From NCBI GenBank assembly GCA_030390025.1, contig JASTWF010000036.1:1302001-1366000 (forward strand): 64,000 nucleotides of DNA. The letters run 5' to 3'. A model generated the notes under the pieces. It was not told where the DNA came from. It did not search any database and saw nothing but the letters and a program-made list of their open reading frames with translations. This document shows positions 35,822 through 49,909 of the stretch, piece after piece. Position 1 is the first letter of the stretch, and the number at the start of each line of letters is the position of its first letter. The position numbers and the translations under genes were made by a program. The DNA is from Squalus acanthias. Taxonomy: Eukaryota.

Positions 35822-38800
35822 CCACACACGCACACACACACACACACACCCTTCCACACACACACACACACACACCCTTCCACACACACTCCCTTCCACT
35901 CACACACACACCCTTCCACACACACACACTCCCTTCCACACACACACACACACACACCCTTCCACACACACTCCCTTCCACTCACACACACACCCTTCCA
36001 CACACACACACCCTTCCACACACACACACACACACCCTTCCACACACACACCCTTCCACTCACACACACACACTCCCTTCCACACACACACACACACACA
36101 CCCTTCCACACACACTCCCTTTCACACACACACACTCCCTTCCACACACACACACACACACACCCTTCCACACACACTCCCTTTCACACACACACACTCC
36201 CTTCCACACACACCCTTCCACACACACCCCCTTTCACACACACACACTCCCTTCCACACACACACACACACACATACCCTTCCACACACACTCCCTTTCA
36301 CACACACACACACCCTTCCACACACACTCCCTTCCACACACACATCCTTCCACACACACACACACACACCCTTCCACACACACTCCCTTTCACACACACA
36401 CACTCCCTTCCACACACACACACACACACCCTTCCACACACACTCCCTTTCACACACACACACCCTTCCACACACACTCCCTTCCACACACACACACACA
36501 CACACACCCTTCCACACACACACACACACACCCTTCCACACACACTCCCTTTCACACACACAGACACCCTTCCACAAACACATACTCCCTTCCACACACA
36601 CACACACACACCCTTCCACACACACTCCCTTTCACACACACACACCCTTCCACACACACTCCCTTTCACACACACACACCCTTCCACACACACTCCCTTT
36701 CACACACACACACTCCCACACACACACACACACACACACCCTTCCACACACACACACACACACCCTTCCACACACACTCCCTTTCACACACACACACCCT
36801 TCCACACACACTCCCATTCACACACACACACACACCCTTCCACACACACTCCCTTTCACACACACACACACCCTTCCACACACACTCCCTTCCACACACA
36901 CTCCCTTCCACACACACTCCCTTTCACACACACCCCCTTCCACACACACCCCCTTCCACACACACCCCCTTCCACACACACTCCCTTTCACACACACTCC
37001 CTTTCACACACACTCCCTTTCACACACACACACCCTTCCACACACACTCCCTTTCACACACACCCCCTTCCACACACACTCCATTTCACACACACCCCCT
37101 TCCACACACACTCCCTTTCACACACACCCCCTTCCACACACATGCCTTTCACACACACTCCCTTTCACACACACTCCCTTTCACACACACACACACACCC
37201 TTCCACACACACTCCCTTTCACACACACCCCCTTCCACACACACTCCATTTCACACACACCCCCTTCCACACACACTCCCTTCCACACACACTCCCTTCC
37301 ACACACACTCCCTTTCACACACACTCCCTTTCACACACACTCCCTTTCACACACACACACCCCCTTCCACACACACTCCCTTTCACACACACACACCCTT
37401 CCACACACACTCCCTTTCACACACACCCCCTTCCACACACACTCCCTTTCACACACACTCCCTTTCACACACACACACACACCCTTCCACACACACTCCC
37501 TTTCACACACACCCCCTTCCACACACACTCCCTTTCACACACACTCCCTTTCACACACACACACACACCCTTCCACACACACTCCCTTTCACACACACAC
37601 ACACCCTTCCACACACACTCCCTTTCACACACACCCCCTTCCACACACACACCCTTTTACACACACTCCCTTCCACACACACTCCCTTTCACACACACTC
37701 CCTTTCACACACACACACACACCCTTCCACACACACTCCCTTTCACACACACCCCCTTCCACACACACTCCCTTTCACACACACTCCCTTTCACACACAC
37801 ACACACACCCTTCCACACACACTCCCTTTCACACACACCCCCTTCCACACACACTCCCTTTCACACACACTCCCTTTCACACACACTCCCTTTCACACAC
37901 ACACCCTTTCACACACACTCCCTTTCACACACACACCCTTCCACACACACTCCCTTTCACACACACACACACCCTTCCACACACACTCCCTTTCACACAC
38001 ACCCCCTTCCACACACACACCCTTTTACACACACTCCCTTTCACACACACTCCCTTTCACACACCCCCCCTTCCACACACACTCCCTTTCACACACACTC
38101 CCTTTCACACACACTCCCTTTCACACACACATACCCTTCCACACACACTCCCTTTCACACACACCCCCTTCCACACACACTCCCTTTCACACACACCCCC
38201 TTCCACACACACTCCCTTTCACACACACTCCCTTTCACACACACACACCCCCTTCCACACACACTCCCTTTCACACACACACACCCTTCCACACACACTC
38301 CCTTTCACACACACTCCCTTTCACACACACACCCTTCCACACACACTCCCTTTCACACACACACACCCCCTTCCACACACACACCCTTCCACACACACTC
38401 CCTTTCACACACACACACCCCCTTCCACACACACTCCCTTTCACACACACTCCCTTTCACACACACACACCCCCTTCCACACACACTCCCTTCCACACAC
38501 ACTCCCTTTCACACACACACACCCCCTTCCACACACACCCCCTTTCACACACACTCCCTTTCACACACACACACTCCCTTCCACACACACTCCCTTTCAC
38601 ACACACACACACACCCTTCCACACACACTCCCTTTCACACACACACACACCCTTCCACACACACTCCCTTTCACACACACACACACCCTTCCACACACAC
38701 TCCCTTTCACACACACCCTTTCACACACACTCCCTTTCACACACACCCCCTTCCACACACACCCCCTTTCACACACACTCCCTTTCACACACACTCCCTT

Positions 38801-40127
38801 CCACACACACCCCCTTCCACACACACCCCCTTTCACACACATACCCTTCCACACACACCCTTCCACACACACTCCCTTCCACACACACTCCCTTCCACAC
38901 ACACCCCCTTTCACACACACACCCTTCCACACACACTCCCTTTCACACACACACACACCCTTCCACACACACTCCCTTTCACACACACACACCCCCTTCC
39001 ACACACACTCCCTTTCACACACACCCCCTTCCACACACACCCCCTTCCACACACACCCCCTTTCACACACACACCCTTCCACACACACTCCCTTCCACAC
39101 ACACCCCCTTCCACACACACCCCCTTCCACACACACCCCCTTTCACACACACACCCTTCCACACACACCCCCTTCCACACACACCCCCTTTCACACACAC
39201 ACCCTTCCACACACACTCCCTTTCACACACACACACTCCCTTCCACACACACTCCCTTCCACACACACCCCCTTTCACACACACACCCTTCCACACACAC
39301 CCCCTTCCACACACACCCCCTTTCACACACACACCCTTCCACACACACTCCCTTTCACACACACACACTCCCTTCCACACACACTCCCTTCCACACACAC
39401 TCCCTTTCACACACACACTCCCTTCCACACACACTCCCTTTCACACACACACACACCCTTCCACACACACTCCCTTTCACACACACACACTCCCTTCCAC
39501 ACACACTCCCTTCCACACAAACTCCCTTTCACACACACACTCCCTTTCACACACACTCCCTTTCACACACACACACACACACACACCCTTCCACACACAC
39601 TCCCTTTCACACACACACACACACCCTTCCACACACACTCCCTTTCACACACACCCCCTTCCACACACACACCCTTCCACACACACACACACACCCTTCC
39701 ACACACACTCCCTTCCACACACTCCCTTTCACACACACACGCACCCTTCCACACACACTCCATTTCACACACACACACCCTTCCACACACACTCCCTTTC
39801 ACACACACACACTCCCTTCCACACACACTCCCTTTCACACACACACACTCCCTTCCACACACACTCCCTTTCACACACACACACTCCCTTCCACACACAC
39901 ACCCTTCCACTCACACACACACACACTCCCCTCCCCCCTCCACACACACACTCACACACACACCCTTCCACTCACACACACACCCTTCCACACACACACA
40001 CACTCACACACACACACACACACTCACACACACACCCACACTCCTCCCCACACACACACACACTCCCCCCCCCCCCACACACACACACACCCTTCCACAC
40101 ACACACACACAACCTTCCACACACACA
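35822..40127 (+). repeat. 4.3-kb low-complexity tandem array, unit (CA)n-C(T/C)CCCTT(C/T), about 16-28 bp
   Basis: Direct reading; almost no G on the plus strand. Confidence 0.98.
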
Positions 40128-40854
40128 GCCCTCAAGCCCCAGGACTTTTGTGTACTTTAATATTTTTTTGATCAGTGCACAGAAGGAAGGTTGAACGGGA
40201 ATGTTTGGTCCATTTTAGCTTGCCCTGGCCTTGTTGCTTTTATCTTTCAAGAGCAACAATCAGCAAAAGTGATGCCCTCATAGTACGCGTACAGGATCAA
40301 ACAATGGATGGGACTGATCACTGCTCTTGTGTAGAAATGCTATACCTGGGATTCTGTCATTCATAGCTCACAGGTATTGGGTTATTGGTCAACCACTCTG
40401 CCAGAGAATCAATTTCATGGTCTGCACCTTTTTTGTTCCAGGCCTAAGATTCAGGATGGCTGGAATCTGCTAGCCCTGAAGACGCACTCTCAGTGACTCC
40501 TGGTCTAACAACCTGCAGTAATTTCCTAACCTAATGAGATACTTTTTGAATTCTGGTTGGTAACATGACCCTGATTGAAGTCCAGCTTTCCAAAGTTCAA
40601 GATGCTGCATCTGCCTCTTAAATTCTATTGCCAAACTATGTTTGTATAATTCTCTTCTTAGTAAGTAGTTCTGTTGGACCTCGCCTACTGCTCTAGTTGG
40701 TAAGTGCACTCGCGAGTGTTATATTAAGCCCTATGGACCAGGGAGGGGTCCACGTTGAATCCCTGGTCCACAGTTAGCTGATGTCGGGATTTGGGGTACT
40801 ACAAGTGGTCTCTGTGTCCCTGGGCTAGGGAGGGAAAAATTGACTCTGCGTTCC

Positions 40855-41072
40855 TGATGTAAGAAATCTACTAGGCACTTGGTCTAAGCGTTAAACAAAG
40901 CTTTAATCAACTGTTTTACAACATGGAGGTCTAGTTGTGTCCTTCACTAGTTCCTGTTGAGGAATGTCCTAAGCAAGCTGGGCCCATGCCCGAGTATTTA
41001 TACTCTCCCTGGACAGCGCCACCAGCAGGCCGCCCAGTATTACTTCATACATGGATGACAAGATTCATGTCA
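40855..41072 (-). mobile_element. Solo LTR (218 bp)
   Basis: TG...CA ends, 5-bp TSD GTTCC (40850-54, 41073-77); near-identical to 21300-21517. Confidence 0.9.
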
Positions 41073-41734
41073 GTTCCCGCTTGAATCAGGCATCCACTAA
41101 TGGCTGCTCGAAGTGCACATCTCTGGAAGGAGACAAGATTGGGCTCATCTGTGATGCTTTCCATGTTCACCGTCAAGGCTCCCATTTGAAGAATGGCCAC
41201 TTGGGTAAGGGCACCCGGAGCGGGTGGAACCTAATCCCAGAGTCAACACCTTCAGGAGAAAGTTCAGGAAAAACTTTCTTCTTTTCTTTTAAGAAGTTCT
41301 ATCAGATGACTTGAGGAGTTGAAGAGCTGCTATGAGGAGCAGGGCTCAGATTTAAACAATCACCTCGTCTGACAGCAGGGAAATGACAAAAACAGGACAA
41401 AGCGAGTAGTGATTCAGGACTTCCGAACATTGACCCTCTAATGCTACCTGAGCTCTGGTGGTAGACCAGCCCTCCATTACCCTAACACACCAAGTGCTAC
41501 AGGAGCCTTTTAGGAAACAGTATTTGCAAACAGCATTAGAATGCATGGAATGAGAAGAAGCATTCAGCCCATCAAGCCCGGTCCTCCCACAGACCACAGA
41601 CCATCCAATCATCGATCCCATCACATATATTTAATCTCTTGCAGGAAAGTTCTGGAATCAACGTGATGAATCATCTTCCACTGACACTGAAAATGTTGCT
41701 CAGAATAGACTGCACAGAAAGTAAATATAAGAAC

Positions 41735-42063
41735 AGGTTTCCCCTGGCTGGAGTGTCTAGAACCAGGGGTCACAGTCTCAGGATAAGGGGTCGGCCATTT
41801 AGGACTGAGATCAGGAGGAATTTCTTCACTCAGAGGGTTGTGAATCTTTGGAATTCTCTGCCCCAGAGGGCTGTGGATGCTGAATCGTTGAGTATATTCA
41901 AGGCTGAGATCGATAGATTCTTGGGCACTAAGTGAATCAAAGGAAATGGGGATCGGGCGGGAAAGTGAAGTTGAGGTAGAAGATCAGCCATGATCATATT
42001 GAATGGCGGAGCAGGCTCGAGGGGCCGAATGGCCTACTCCTGCTCTTATTTCTTATGTTCTTA
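41735..42063 (+). mobile_element. CR1 3' fragment
   Basis: FPLAGVSRTRGHSLRIRGRPFRTE... and CR1 tail. Confidence 0.9.
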
Positions 42064-42289
42064 TAAATAACACTGTAAACCTCGTACATCCCTGCTATGT
42101 GGCCTTGCCCACGCCCTCCCCTCCTCTGACTCCAGATTACTACTCATGCCCTGCTCCCTCCACTTTGCTATCGGAAGCTAGTCCTTCCGTCACTACGCCC
42201 CTGGGCTCTGCAATTCTGTCCCGAAACCACTTTGCCTCACTACTTTCAGGCCTACCATCAGAATCCTCCTTAAAACCCCTTTTCTTTCG

Positions 42290-42806
42290 TCACGCCTATA
42301 GATTGTTCAGGGAAATGGAAAAAAATAGGCCCTGGATTGTTACTTTAAATTGCATTGCGTGAGTAGAACAAGGGGACACAGATTCAAACTGGTTAAAGGT
42401 AAACTGAGGATTGATATTAGGGCGTTCTTCTTCACATAAAGATTGATCAAAATGTAGAATAGACTTCCAGGAAAGAGTAGTGGCGGCAAAGACCTTGGTA
42501 TCAAGGGATATGGAGCTAAGGCGAGTGAAGGGAGTTGAGGTACAGATTAGCCATGATCTCATTGAATGGCGGAGCAAGTTAACCCTTAATACCCTTGCCT
42601 AAGAAAAATCTATCAATCTCAGTTTTGAATTTTTTAATTGACCTCCAGCCTCAACAGCTTTTTGGGGGAGAGAGTTCCAGATTTCCACTACCCTTTGTGT
42701 GAAGAAGTGCTTCCTGACATCACCCCCTGAATGGCCTGGCTCTAATTTTATGGTTATGCCCCCTTGTTTTGGACTCCCCCCACCAGAGGAAATCGTTTCT
42801 CTCTAT
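42290..42806. mobile_element. Two CR1 3' fragments abutting in opposite orientation (plus 42290-42578, minus 42580-42806)
   Basis: CR1 tail motifs on both strands. Confidence 0.65.
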
Positions 42807-43493
42807 TGACCCTAGGTGCTGTCAGGATAAAAAAAATGTTGGTGTAGCCCTGGCACCAAAAAGGCAGGATAAGGAGAGGGAAAAAACCCACACGAGCGAC
42901 TGAAATTGGCCGGTGCCGTATTGGAACTGAAAGCATCTGTACAAAATTGTCTCCCTGCTATATCAGTGAAGATGTTAACTAACCCTAGTCACATTTAAAC
43001 AGGTTAACAGCTTCCTTAAAGCAGGCAGGGAAACATTGTACGTGTTACTGTGTGTGTTGTCAATGTTACAGGGCACACTCTCAATCCTGTGGGGAGAAGC
43101 TTTCATCTGTTTGCTGTTTGTCATGAAGTCGTAAATACTACTTGTTGATCGTGAAGGCTTGTGTTTTGTGAGGTTGTGATAAATAACTAACAGAGGAATT
43201 CTTCCCCTCTGTGATGACTGATCCAAAATAATGCACGTGAGTGAATGCAATTCTGTTATCTGCTTTCAACAGTGAACTGACATCACTTTATTGAGAATGA
43301 AGCATCTTGCTTGTTTTAATGATCTCTGTGATTAATTGTGCATTTGAGCGACAGGGAAAGGCTATGGAATTTGAGAACATTTCCGCTTGACAAGGCTTGG
43401 GAAGATGTTATGGATTTCCACTATTGATAGCAAAATTGTAAACAGCAAGGCACTATAAATAGCAAGGCAATGAAAATATTCTCTAATATGTTT

Positions 43494-43575
43494 GAAATAA
43501 AAACAGAAAATGCTGGAAATACTCAGCAGGTCAGGCAGCATCTGTGGAGAGAGAAACAGAGTTAACGTTTAAGGT
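43494..43575 (-). mobile_element. Truncated short hammerhead-family element
   Basis: Reverse complement AAACGTTAACTCTGTTTCTCTCTCCACAGATGCTGCCTGACCTGCTGAGTATTTCCAGCATTTTCTGTTTTTATTTCA matches the body of 19186-19314. Confidence 0.75.
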
Positions 43576-43589
43576 TGAAACAGAATTAA

Positions 43590-45025
43590 CAGTCACTTGG
43601 ACAAGTGTGGATTAATTAAGGAAAGACAGCACGGATTTGTTAAAAGCAAATCGTGTTTAACTAACTTGATTGAGTTTTTTGATGAGGTAGCAGAGACGGT
43701 TGATGTAGTGTACATGGACTTCCAAAAGGCGCTTGATAAAGTGCCACATAATAGGCTTTCCAGCAAAGTTGAAGCCCATGGAATAAAAGAGACAGTGGCA
43801 GCATGGATACAAAATTGGCTAAGTGACAGGAAACAGAGTAGTGGTGAATGGTTGTTTCTCGGACTGGAGGAAGGTATACAGTGGTGTTCCCCAGAGGTCG
43901 GTACTAGGACCACTGCTTTTCTTGATATATATTAATGACTTAGACTTGGGTGTACAGGGCACAATTTCAAAATTTGCAGATGACATAAAACTGGGAAGCA
44001 TAGTGAACAGTGAGGAGGAGAGTGATAGACTTCAGGAAGAGAAGCTGGTGGAATGGGCAGACACGTGGCAGATGAAATTTAACGCAGAAAAGTGCGAAGT
44101 GATACATTTTGGTAGGAAGAACAAGGAGAGGCAATATAAAGTAAAGGGTACAATCCTAAAGAGGGTGCATGAACAGAGAGACCTAGGGGTATATGTGCAC
44201 AAATCGTTGAAAATGGCAGGGTAGGTTGAGAAAGCGGTTAAAAAAGTATACAGGATCCTGGGCTTCATAAATAGAGACACAGAGTACAATCGCAAGGAAG
44301 TTATGATGAACCTTTATAAAACACTGGTTCGGCCTCAACTGGAGTATTGTGTCCAATTCTCGGCACCGCACTTCAGGAAGGATGTGAAGGCCTTAGAGAG
44401 GGTGCAGAAAAGATTTACAATGGTTCCAGGGATGAGGGACTTCAGTTACGTGGATAGACTGGAGAAGCTGGAGTTGTTCTCCTTGGAGCAGAGAAGGTTG
44501 AGAGGGGGTTTGATAGAGATGTTCAAAATAATGAGGGTCTAGACAGAGTAGATAGAGAGAAACTGTTCCCATTGGCGGAAGGGTCGAGAACCAGAGGACA
44601 CAGATTTAAGGTGATTGGCAAAAGAACCAAAGGCGACATGAGGAAAAACTTTTTTACGCAGCAAGTGACAGGGTAGATGCAGAGGGGATGTTTCCCCTCG
44701 TGGGGGAATCTAGAACTAGGGGGCATAGTTTCAGAATAAGGGGTCGCCCATTTAAAATGGAGATGAGGAGGAATTTCTTCTCTCTGAGGGTCGTGAATCT
44801 TTGGAATTCTCTACCCCAGAGAGCTGTGGAGGCGGAGTCATTGAATATATTCAAGGCGGAGATAGACAGATTTTTGAAAAACAGGGGTATCAAGGGTTAT
44901 GGGGAGTGGGTAGGAAAGTGGAGTTGAGGCCAAGATCAGATCAGCCATGATCTTATTGAATGACGGAGCAGGCTCGACAGGCTGAATGGCCTCCTTATGT
45001 GCTGTAACCATTCTATGATTCTATG
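43590..45025 (+). mobile_element. CR1 RT-to-3' fragment (43590-44662) joined to a second CR1 3' end (44663-44995)
   Basis: QHGFVKSKSCLTNL, YMDFQKALDKV, SKFADD; the C-terminal segment occurs twice in different subfamily sequence. Confidence 0.9.
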
Positions 45026-45052
45026 GTGACCTTTCAATAGAGCTGACCTGAT

Positions 45053-45293
45053 TATCGACCTGAAACGTTAACAGATGCTGCCTGACATGCTGGGAGCAAT
45101 GTTCCCTTTAATTTTTCTTGGGCTGCGCGGCCCCTTTAACGCACATGCACGATTTTTCTGTCCAAAAGCCGGTGAGCCGGCTGCGCGGGACCTCCAGACA
45201 GCCGTGCAGCTTAAAGGGAACATTGCTGCGGAGTATTTCCAGCATTTTCTGTTTTTATTTCAGATTTCCAGCATCTACAGCATTTTGCCTTTG
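45053..45293 (+). mobile_element. Short hammerhead-family element interrupted by a hAT MITE
   Basis: ATCGACCTGAAACGTTAAC..AGATGCTGCCTGAC | GAGTATTTCCAGCATTTTCTG...CAGCATCT. Confidence 0.7.
45097..45225. mobile_element. hAT-type MITE
   Basis: Perfect 15-bp TIRs CAATGTTCCCTTTAA / TTAAAGGGAACATTG; degenerate 8-bp TSD derived from host CTGCTGAG. Confidence 0.8.
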
Positions 45294-46229
45294 GCCTAAT
45301 ATGTTTGATATAGTCGCAGGGGCGCGAGCCAAAGCGCAGAAGGGGGACATGAACCCACAGTTTGGATTTATTACTTGAAGCAGAGGCTGCTGAATGTATG
45401 AAATAGGTCGCCTGGGCAGGCAGTGGCGACGATGGTCTTGGTGAATTCAGGAAGGCGCCGGGGTGGATATTGGGCAAGCGCAGTAAACCAGTCTTAACCA
45501 AAATCCTCATTTAGATAAAACAGTGTGAATATTAGAACTCTTCAGTCGGTCATTTTTTTTTCTTTTGAAAGATTTGTCACAACACTATGAAATAGCTTTT
45601 AACTGTGTATCTGAAGACTACATCAGATCTGCCCAATTTATCGGTACAAATTTGCTGTGTGATTCATTTCTTTGCGCGGGCGTCTTGGATCATAGGAAAC
45701 AATATACAATACGTGAAGCGTTACAATAGACCAGTGGTAGACCAAGTGCCCGTTGGACTAGTCTCCACACACACAGTATATCAGCCAGAGGATAACAATC
45801 TTAACTATCTTGCATGTTCACATACAGGGTAGTCTCGGTGTATTTCTCCCTTCATTACCTTTTCAAGACATGACTGGTTGGTGTCACTGTAAAGTCTTTT
45901 ACTTTATTTCCCCTGCAGTGGGTGTATGTGCGTTTACTGCTCTGGATAGCACAACACTGCCAATGATCTTTATAATGACTCAAAGCAAACCTTTCTAAAG
46001 AGCTTTTAACAATGCAACAAAGATGCATTGGTTTTAAAGAGAGGTGGTGTAACTGCCTTACCTCCATCTTTAATATCCTTGTCCCTACCAGATCCCAGGT
46101 GGTTGTCTGCTGTTTTCCCCAGTACATCAGCCACCTCCATGGTTTCAAGTCCATGGACCAGGCACTAGAGCGCAGGTGGGCATATGCCACTGGCAGATTT
46201 GGTGTTGCCCATCTCATGCTGTACCGCCG

Positions 46230-47340
46230 CTCCCTGTCCACACAAGGGCAAGAACAGCCCAAGACCTCTCTTTGCCACCACAGCCTCCTCCAACCTCACC
46301 AGAAAATCAAAGACATCCACTCGTCTTCCCTTCCCCATCTCCTCCAAATTCCCTTCCAACCTGCTAACGCTCTGCTTGACTTTACACTCTCATTTCTTCC
46401 ATGAATGCTACCACACGTTCCCTCAACCCCTTTCCTACCCAGCTCCTGATCAGCGTCATTAACTCCGTCCCTTTCTCAGGCATTCCAACCCCTTTTAAAA
46501 TCAATGTCAAGAACTTCTTTCTTAAAGCCACCCTCAAATGCTCTTTCCTCATAATCCACTAACTCTTAACCTGCCCATTCTCTGCAAGGACCTTGAATGC
46601 AGCGTTACTACCCAACTATGTCCAGTCCCTCCAATCCAGTTTCCGACTACCCCACAGTATCTGCTTGACGTTACCAAGTCAAAGTCACCAAATGCATCCT
46701 TTGTGACTGTTACCATGGCTTGCCGCCGCCCTTTGACCTCTGAAGCGCCTTCAACATTGTTGACTGTTCCAGTCTACTCCACAGCCACTCCTTCATTGCC
46801 CACATCCATGACACTGCTCTCACATGGTTCCACACCCAAGACAGTCACTATGAAGCAGATTTTCCCCTATGGCGATTGAAAGTTAAATAATCACCTGGGC
46901 ATAACGCGTAGAGGAAAGTCAGGTGGGGAGGATCTCATGCCTGTAATAGAGTCTGGCCAATTTTCCGTTGGTTCATTTAATTGGATGGAAAATCAGGCAG
47001 GTTCCATTGAGGGCCTGCAGTCCTCCCCAGCTGATTTTCCTCTATGGGCTCCACCAAGGTGGTTATTTGATAGCCACGCGCAAAAGAGGAAGATCTGCCC
47101 CTATATCTTCTCAAATAGTTTCTCGTCCTATGCCCACATGGTCACCCCTGGTGTACCCCATTGCTCTATCCTCAGTCCTCTTGCTCTTCATCTGCATGCT
47201 AAGCCTTGACAACATTATCCACAAGCATGGAGTATGTCGTTTCCATTCATGCGCTGATGACATCCAGCTCTATCGCTCCACCATTGGCATTGACTCCACA
47301 GGTGTTACTCTACTATCTGAATGCCCATCCAACATCAGCC
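46230..47340 (+). mobile_element. Old degenerate L2 ORF2 fragments
   Basis: VTPGVPHCSILSPL (degenerate GVPQGSILGP) and FHSCADDIQLY (degenerate YADD). Confidence 0.6.
46852..47101. mobile_element. MITE (PIF/Harbinger-like) inside L2
   Basis: Imperfect TIRs GAAGCAGATTTTCCCCT / AGAGGAAGATCTGCCCC; 3-bp TSD TAT. Confidence 0.55.
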
Positions 47341-48361
47341 TTCATACTCCCCCCTAAATTCCATCAGTTCGTGCGCAGTTCCAGCCCCGGTAGAGTGTTC
47401 TGAGACTTACTTTTACACAAGGAGTGGTATATAGATGTAAGTCATCGTTGTTATCTGTCCTTCTCCAGTGCAAGTGTGTCCTGTCAACTGATCACACATT
47501 GGCAGTGGCATCAGGCGTCTATCACCCTGCCTGGCTTAAGGTTACATGAAAATGGGAGACTTTAAAGACAGGAGATTAAAGGTAATTTGGGGAAATACAT
47601 TCCAAAAAATGGGTTAGCACATTGCCCTTTCACCTCTGACCCGAGTTCAAGTCTAGTGCAGCCTGATGTCATGAGATCATTTTTTTCTGTCTGTTACCCT
47701 TAGCCATAACACTTTGGATTTTGTCTCTCAAATTTCTAATATGGAGATGTAAGATGTCAGAGAGTAGTAATGAATGGAAGTTAGGCATGTGTCCACATGG
47801 ATTAAAGATAATAAGAGGGTGATTCATGCTGGGATAGTCTTAGTGACTGGTTGCAGAGTGACAGGAACTTTATTTCTGATGGTGTGTTGGCACTAAAGTG
47901 TCAACAATCTTCGCATTTCAATTAAATAACAAGCAAGGTCAAACTTCAAGGATTTCTCTCCATCGGTAGTACCCCTGCTGCCAGTATTTCTAAGCCAGCA
48001 CGGAGATAAAAGGGTGAGCTATTCTATGGCTTCTGATTCTCAGCGTCCTCTTTACCTCAAATAACCAATAACAGGAATCATCCAGAAGGATGCAAATGCA
48101 AATGAACGAGGTCGAGTCAAGACTGATGAAATGAGTCATGTGGCTAGATTTTAACGAACTCCAGGGTATAATGAGATGAGGTATCATCTCCATAAAGCAC
48201 TTGAGTCTCATCTATCATCCTGTCAAGACTGAATGTATGAGCAGTAACCTTAAGCAGTTTTACTTATTGTCAACATTATTTAATATGTTGAGGAAATTTT
48301 CAATGAACTGAACACCAATGATACACAGTCATTGTTAATACAGCTGAGGTAAGGTTATCTG

Positions 48362-48805
48362 AGAATCATAGAATCATAGAATGGTTACAGCACAGAAGGA
48401 GGCCATTCGGCCCGTTGAGCCCGTGCCAGCTCTCTGCAAGAGCACTTCAGCTAGTCCCACTCCCCCGCCCTTTCCCCGTAGCCCTGCAAATTTTTTTCCT
48501 TCAGGTACTTATCCAATTCCCTTTTGGAAGCCACAATTGAGTCTGCCTCCACCACCCTCTCAGGCAGTGCATTCCAGATCCTAACCACTCGCTGCGTAAA
48601 AAAGTTATTCCTCATGTCACCTTTGGTTCTTCTGCCAATCACCTTAAATCTGTGTCCTCTGGTTCTCGACCCTTCCGCCAATGGGAACAGTTTCTCTCTA
48701 TCTACTCTGTCCAGACCCCTCATGATTTTGAACACCTCTATCAAATCGCCTCTCAATCTTCTCTGCTCCAAGGAGAACAACCCCAGCTTCTCTTGTCTAT
48801 CCACG
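48362..48805 (-). mobile_element. CR1 3' fragment
   Basis: ORF 48451-48804 EKLGLFSLEQRRLRGDLIEVFKI...; (ATTCTATG)n tail. Confidence 0.9.
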
Positions 48806-48984
48806 TCTATCCCTTCAGGAGGGTATTTCTTATTTCCAGATTTTCTGTGTTGTCCTACAAAAAAAACCCAGAGAGACTTCCTGAATTCAATGACTAAAAT
48901 CCAGGAGCCTTTTCTTTACTTGGGAGAGAGTATGGATTTGAAGATGATGTGGAAGATTTCCGTTTGCCACAGTACATGATGTTA

Positions 48985-49135
48985 TTGAGTGGTGCATTGG
49001 GCTAGCAATTTGCCCTTTCACCTCTGACCGTGGTTCAGATCTAGCACAGCCTGATGGGGTGTGTTAGTCTGCTGGCTGTAATGGTTGTATTTGAACTAGG
49101 TTTGGCCAGTCTCAACAAAGTTTTCGTGGGCATTA
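48985..49135 (+). mobile_element. Old LF-SINE-like fragment (similar pieces near 47610-47700 and 5455-5575)
   Basis: CCCTTTCACCTCTGACC..GGTTCAGATCTAGC.CAG and downstream TGAA.TAGGTTTGG.CAGTCTCA resemble the LF-SINE head as I recall it. Confidence 0.45.
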
Positions 49136-49307
49136 CCCAAAACGCAAACTGCCCAGAATTCAGCAACATTTACACTAATCAGGCACTTTCACTCTGAGGC
49201 CAAAAGTATGACTGGTGCGGGAAATGGAAAAAAATTCACGCTGGTTAATTAAGGCATGTTTTTTTTTCTGTTGGTGGTCAGCATGTTAGCGTGAAGTAGA
49301 GGAAGTT

Positions 49308-49592
49308 AAAGAAAGAAAGACTTGCATTTCTATAGCACCTTTCACGACCTCAGGACGTCCCAAAGCATTTTACAGCCAATGAAGTACTTTTTGAAGTGTA
49401 GTCACTGTTGTAATGTAGGAAACACGGCAGCCAATTTGCGCACAGCAAGCTCCCACAAACAGCAATGTGAGAGTGACCAGATAATTTGTTTTTGTTATGT
49501 TGGTTGAGGGCTAAATATTGACCAGGACACCGGGGAGAACTCCCCTGCTCTTCTTCGAAATAGTGCCATGGGATCTTTTACATCCACCTGAA
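49308..49592 (-). mobile_element. DeuSINE 3' half
   Basis: Homology to 32847-33135. Confidence 0.85.
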
Positions 49593-49909
49593 AGCTGGAC
49601 CCCTTACCGTGCTGTGTGTTATACCTGATCTGAGAGTGCTTCTCTTTGATAGTTGAATTACAGATTGGGCTTTCCCCCCAGCGTTTGCTCTTTGTTCATG
49701 GCTAGACAGAAAGCCGATGAACTGAAGCCTGCGTCTTTCTTCACTGCCAATTATGGGTTAGCATACCCTGCTTTAACAATGAAGCCCTACTCGTGCTGTA
49801 TTGCTCGCTATATAAGATGCCCACCACGTTCCCCCATTACCCGGGAAGGCAGAAAATAACATACAGAGTGAATATTGGCACCACCGCCAGTCCAGTGACA
49901 TGCAAGCAT

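Noticed and set aside
35687..40171. 1494-aa and 1453-aa His/Thr/Pro-rich ORFs and many Cys/Val-rich minus ORFs
   Set aside because: Artefacts of a G-free CA/CCCTT tandem array that cannot encode stops; no domain or codon structure.
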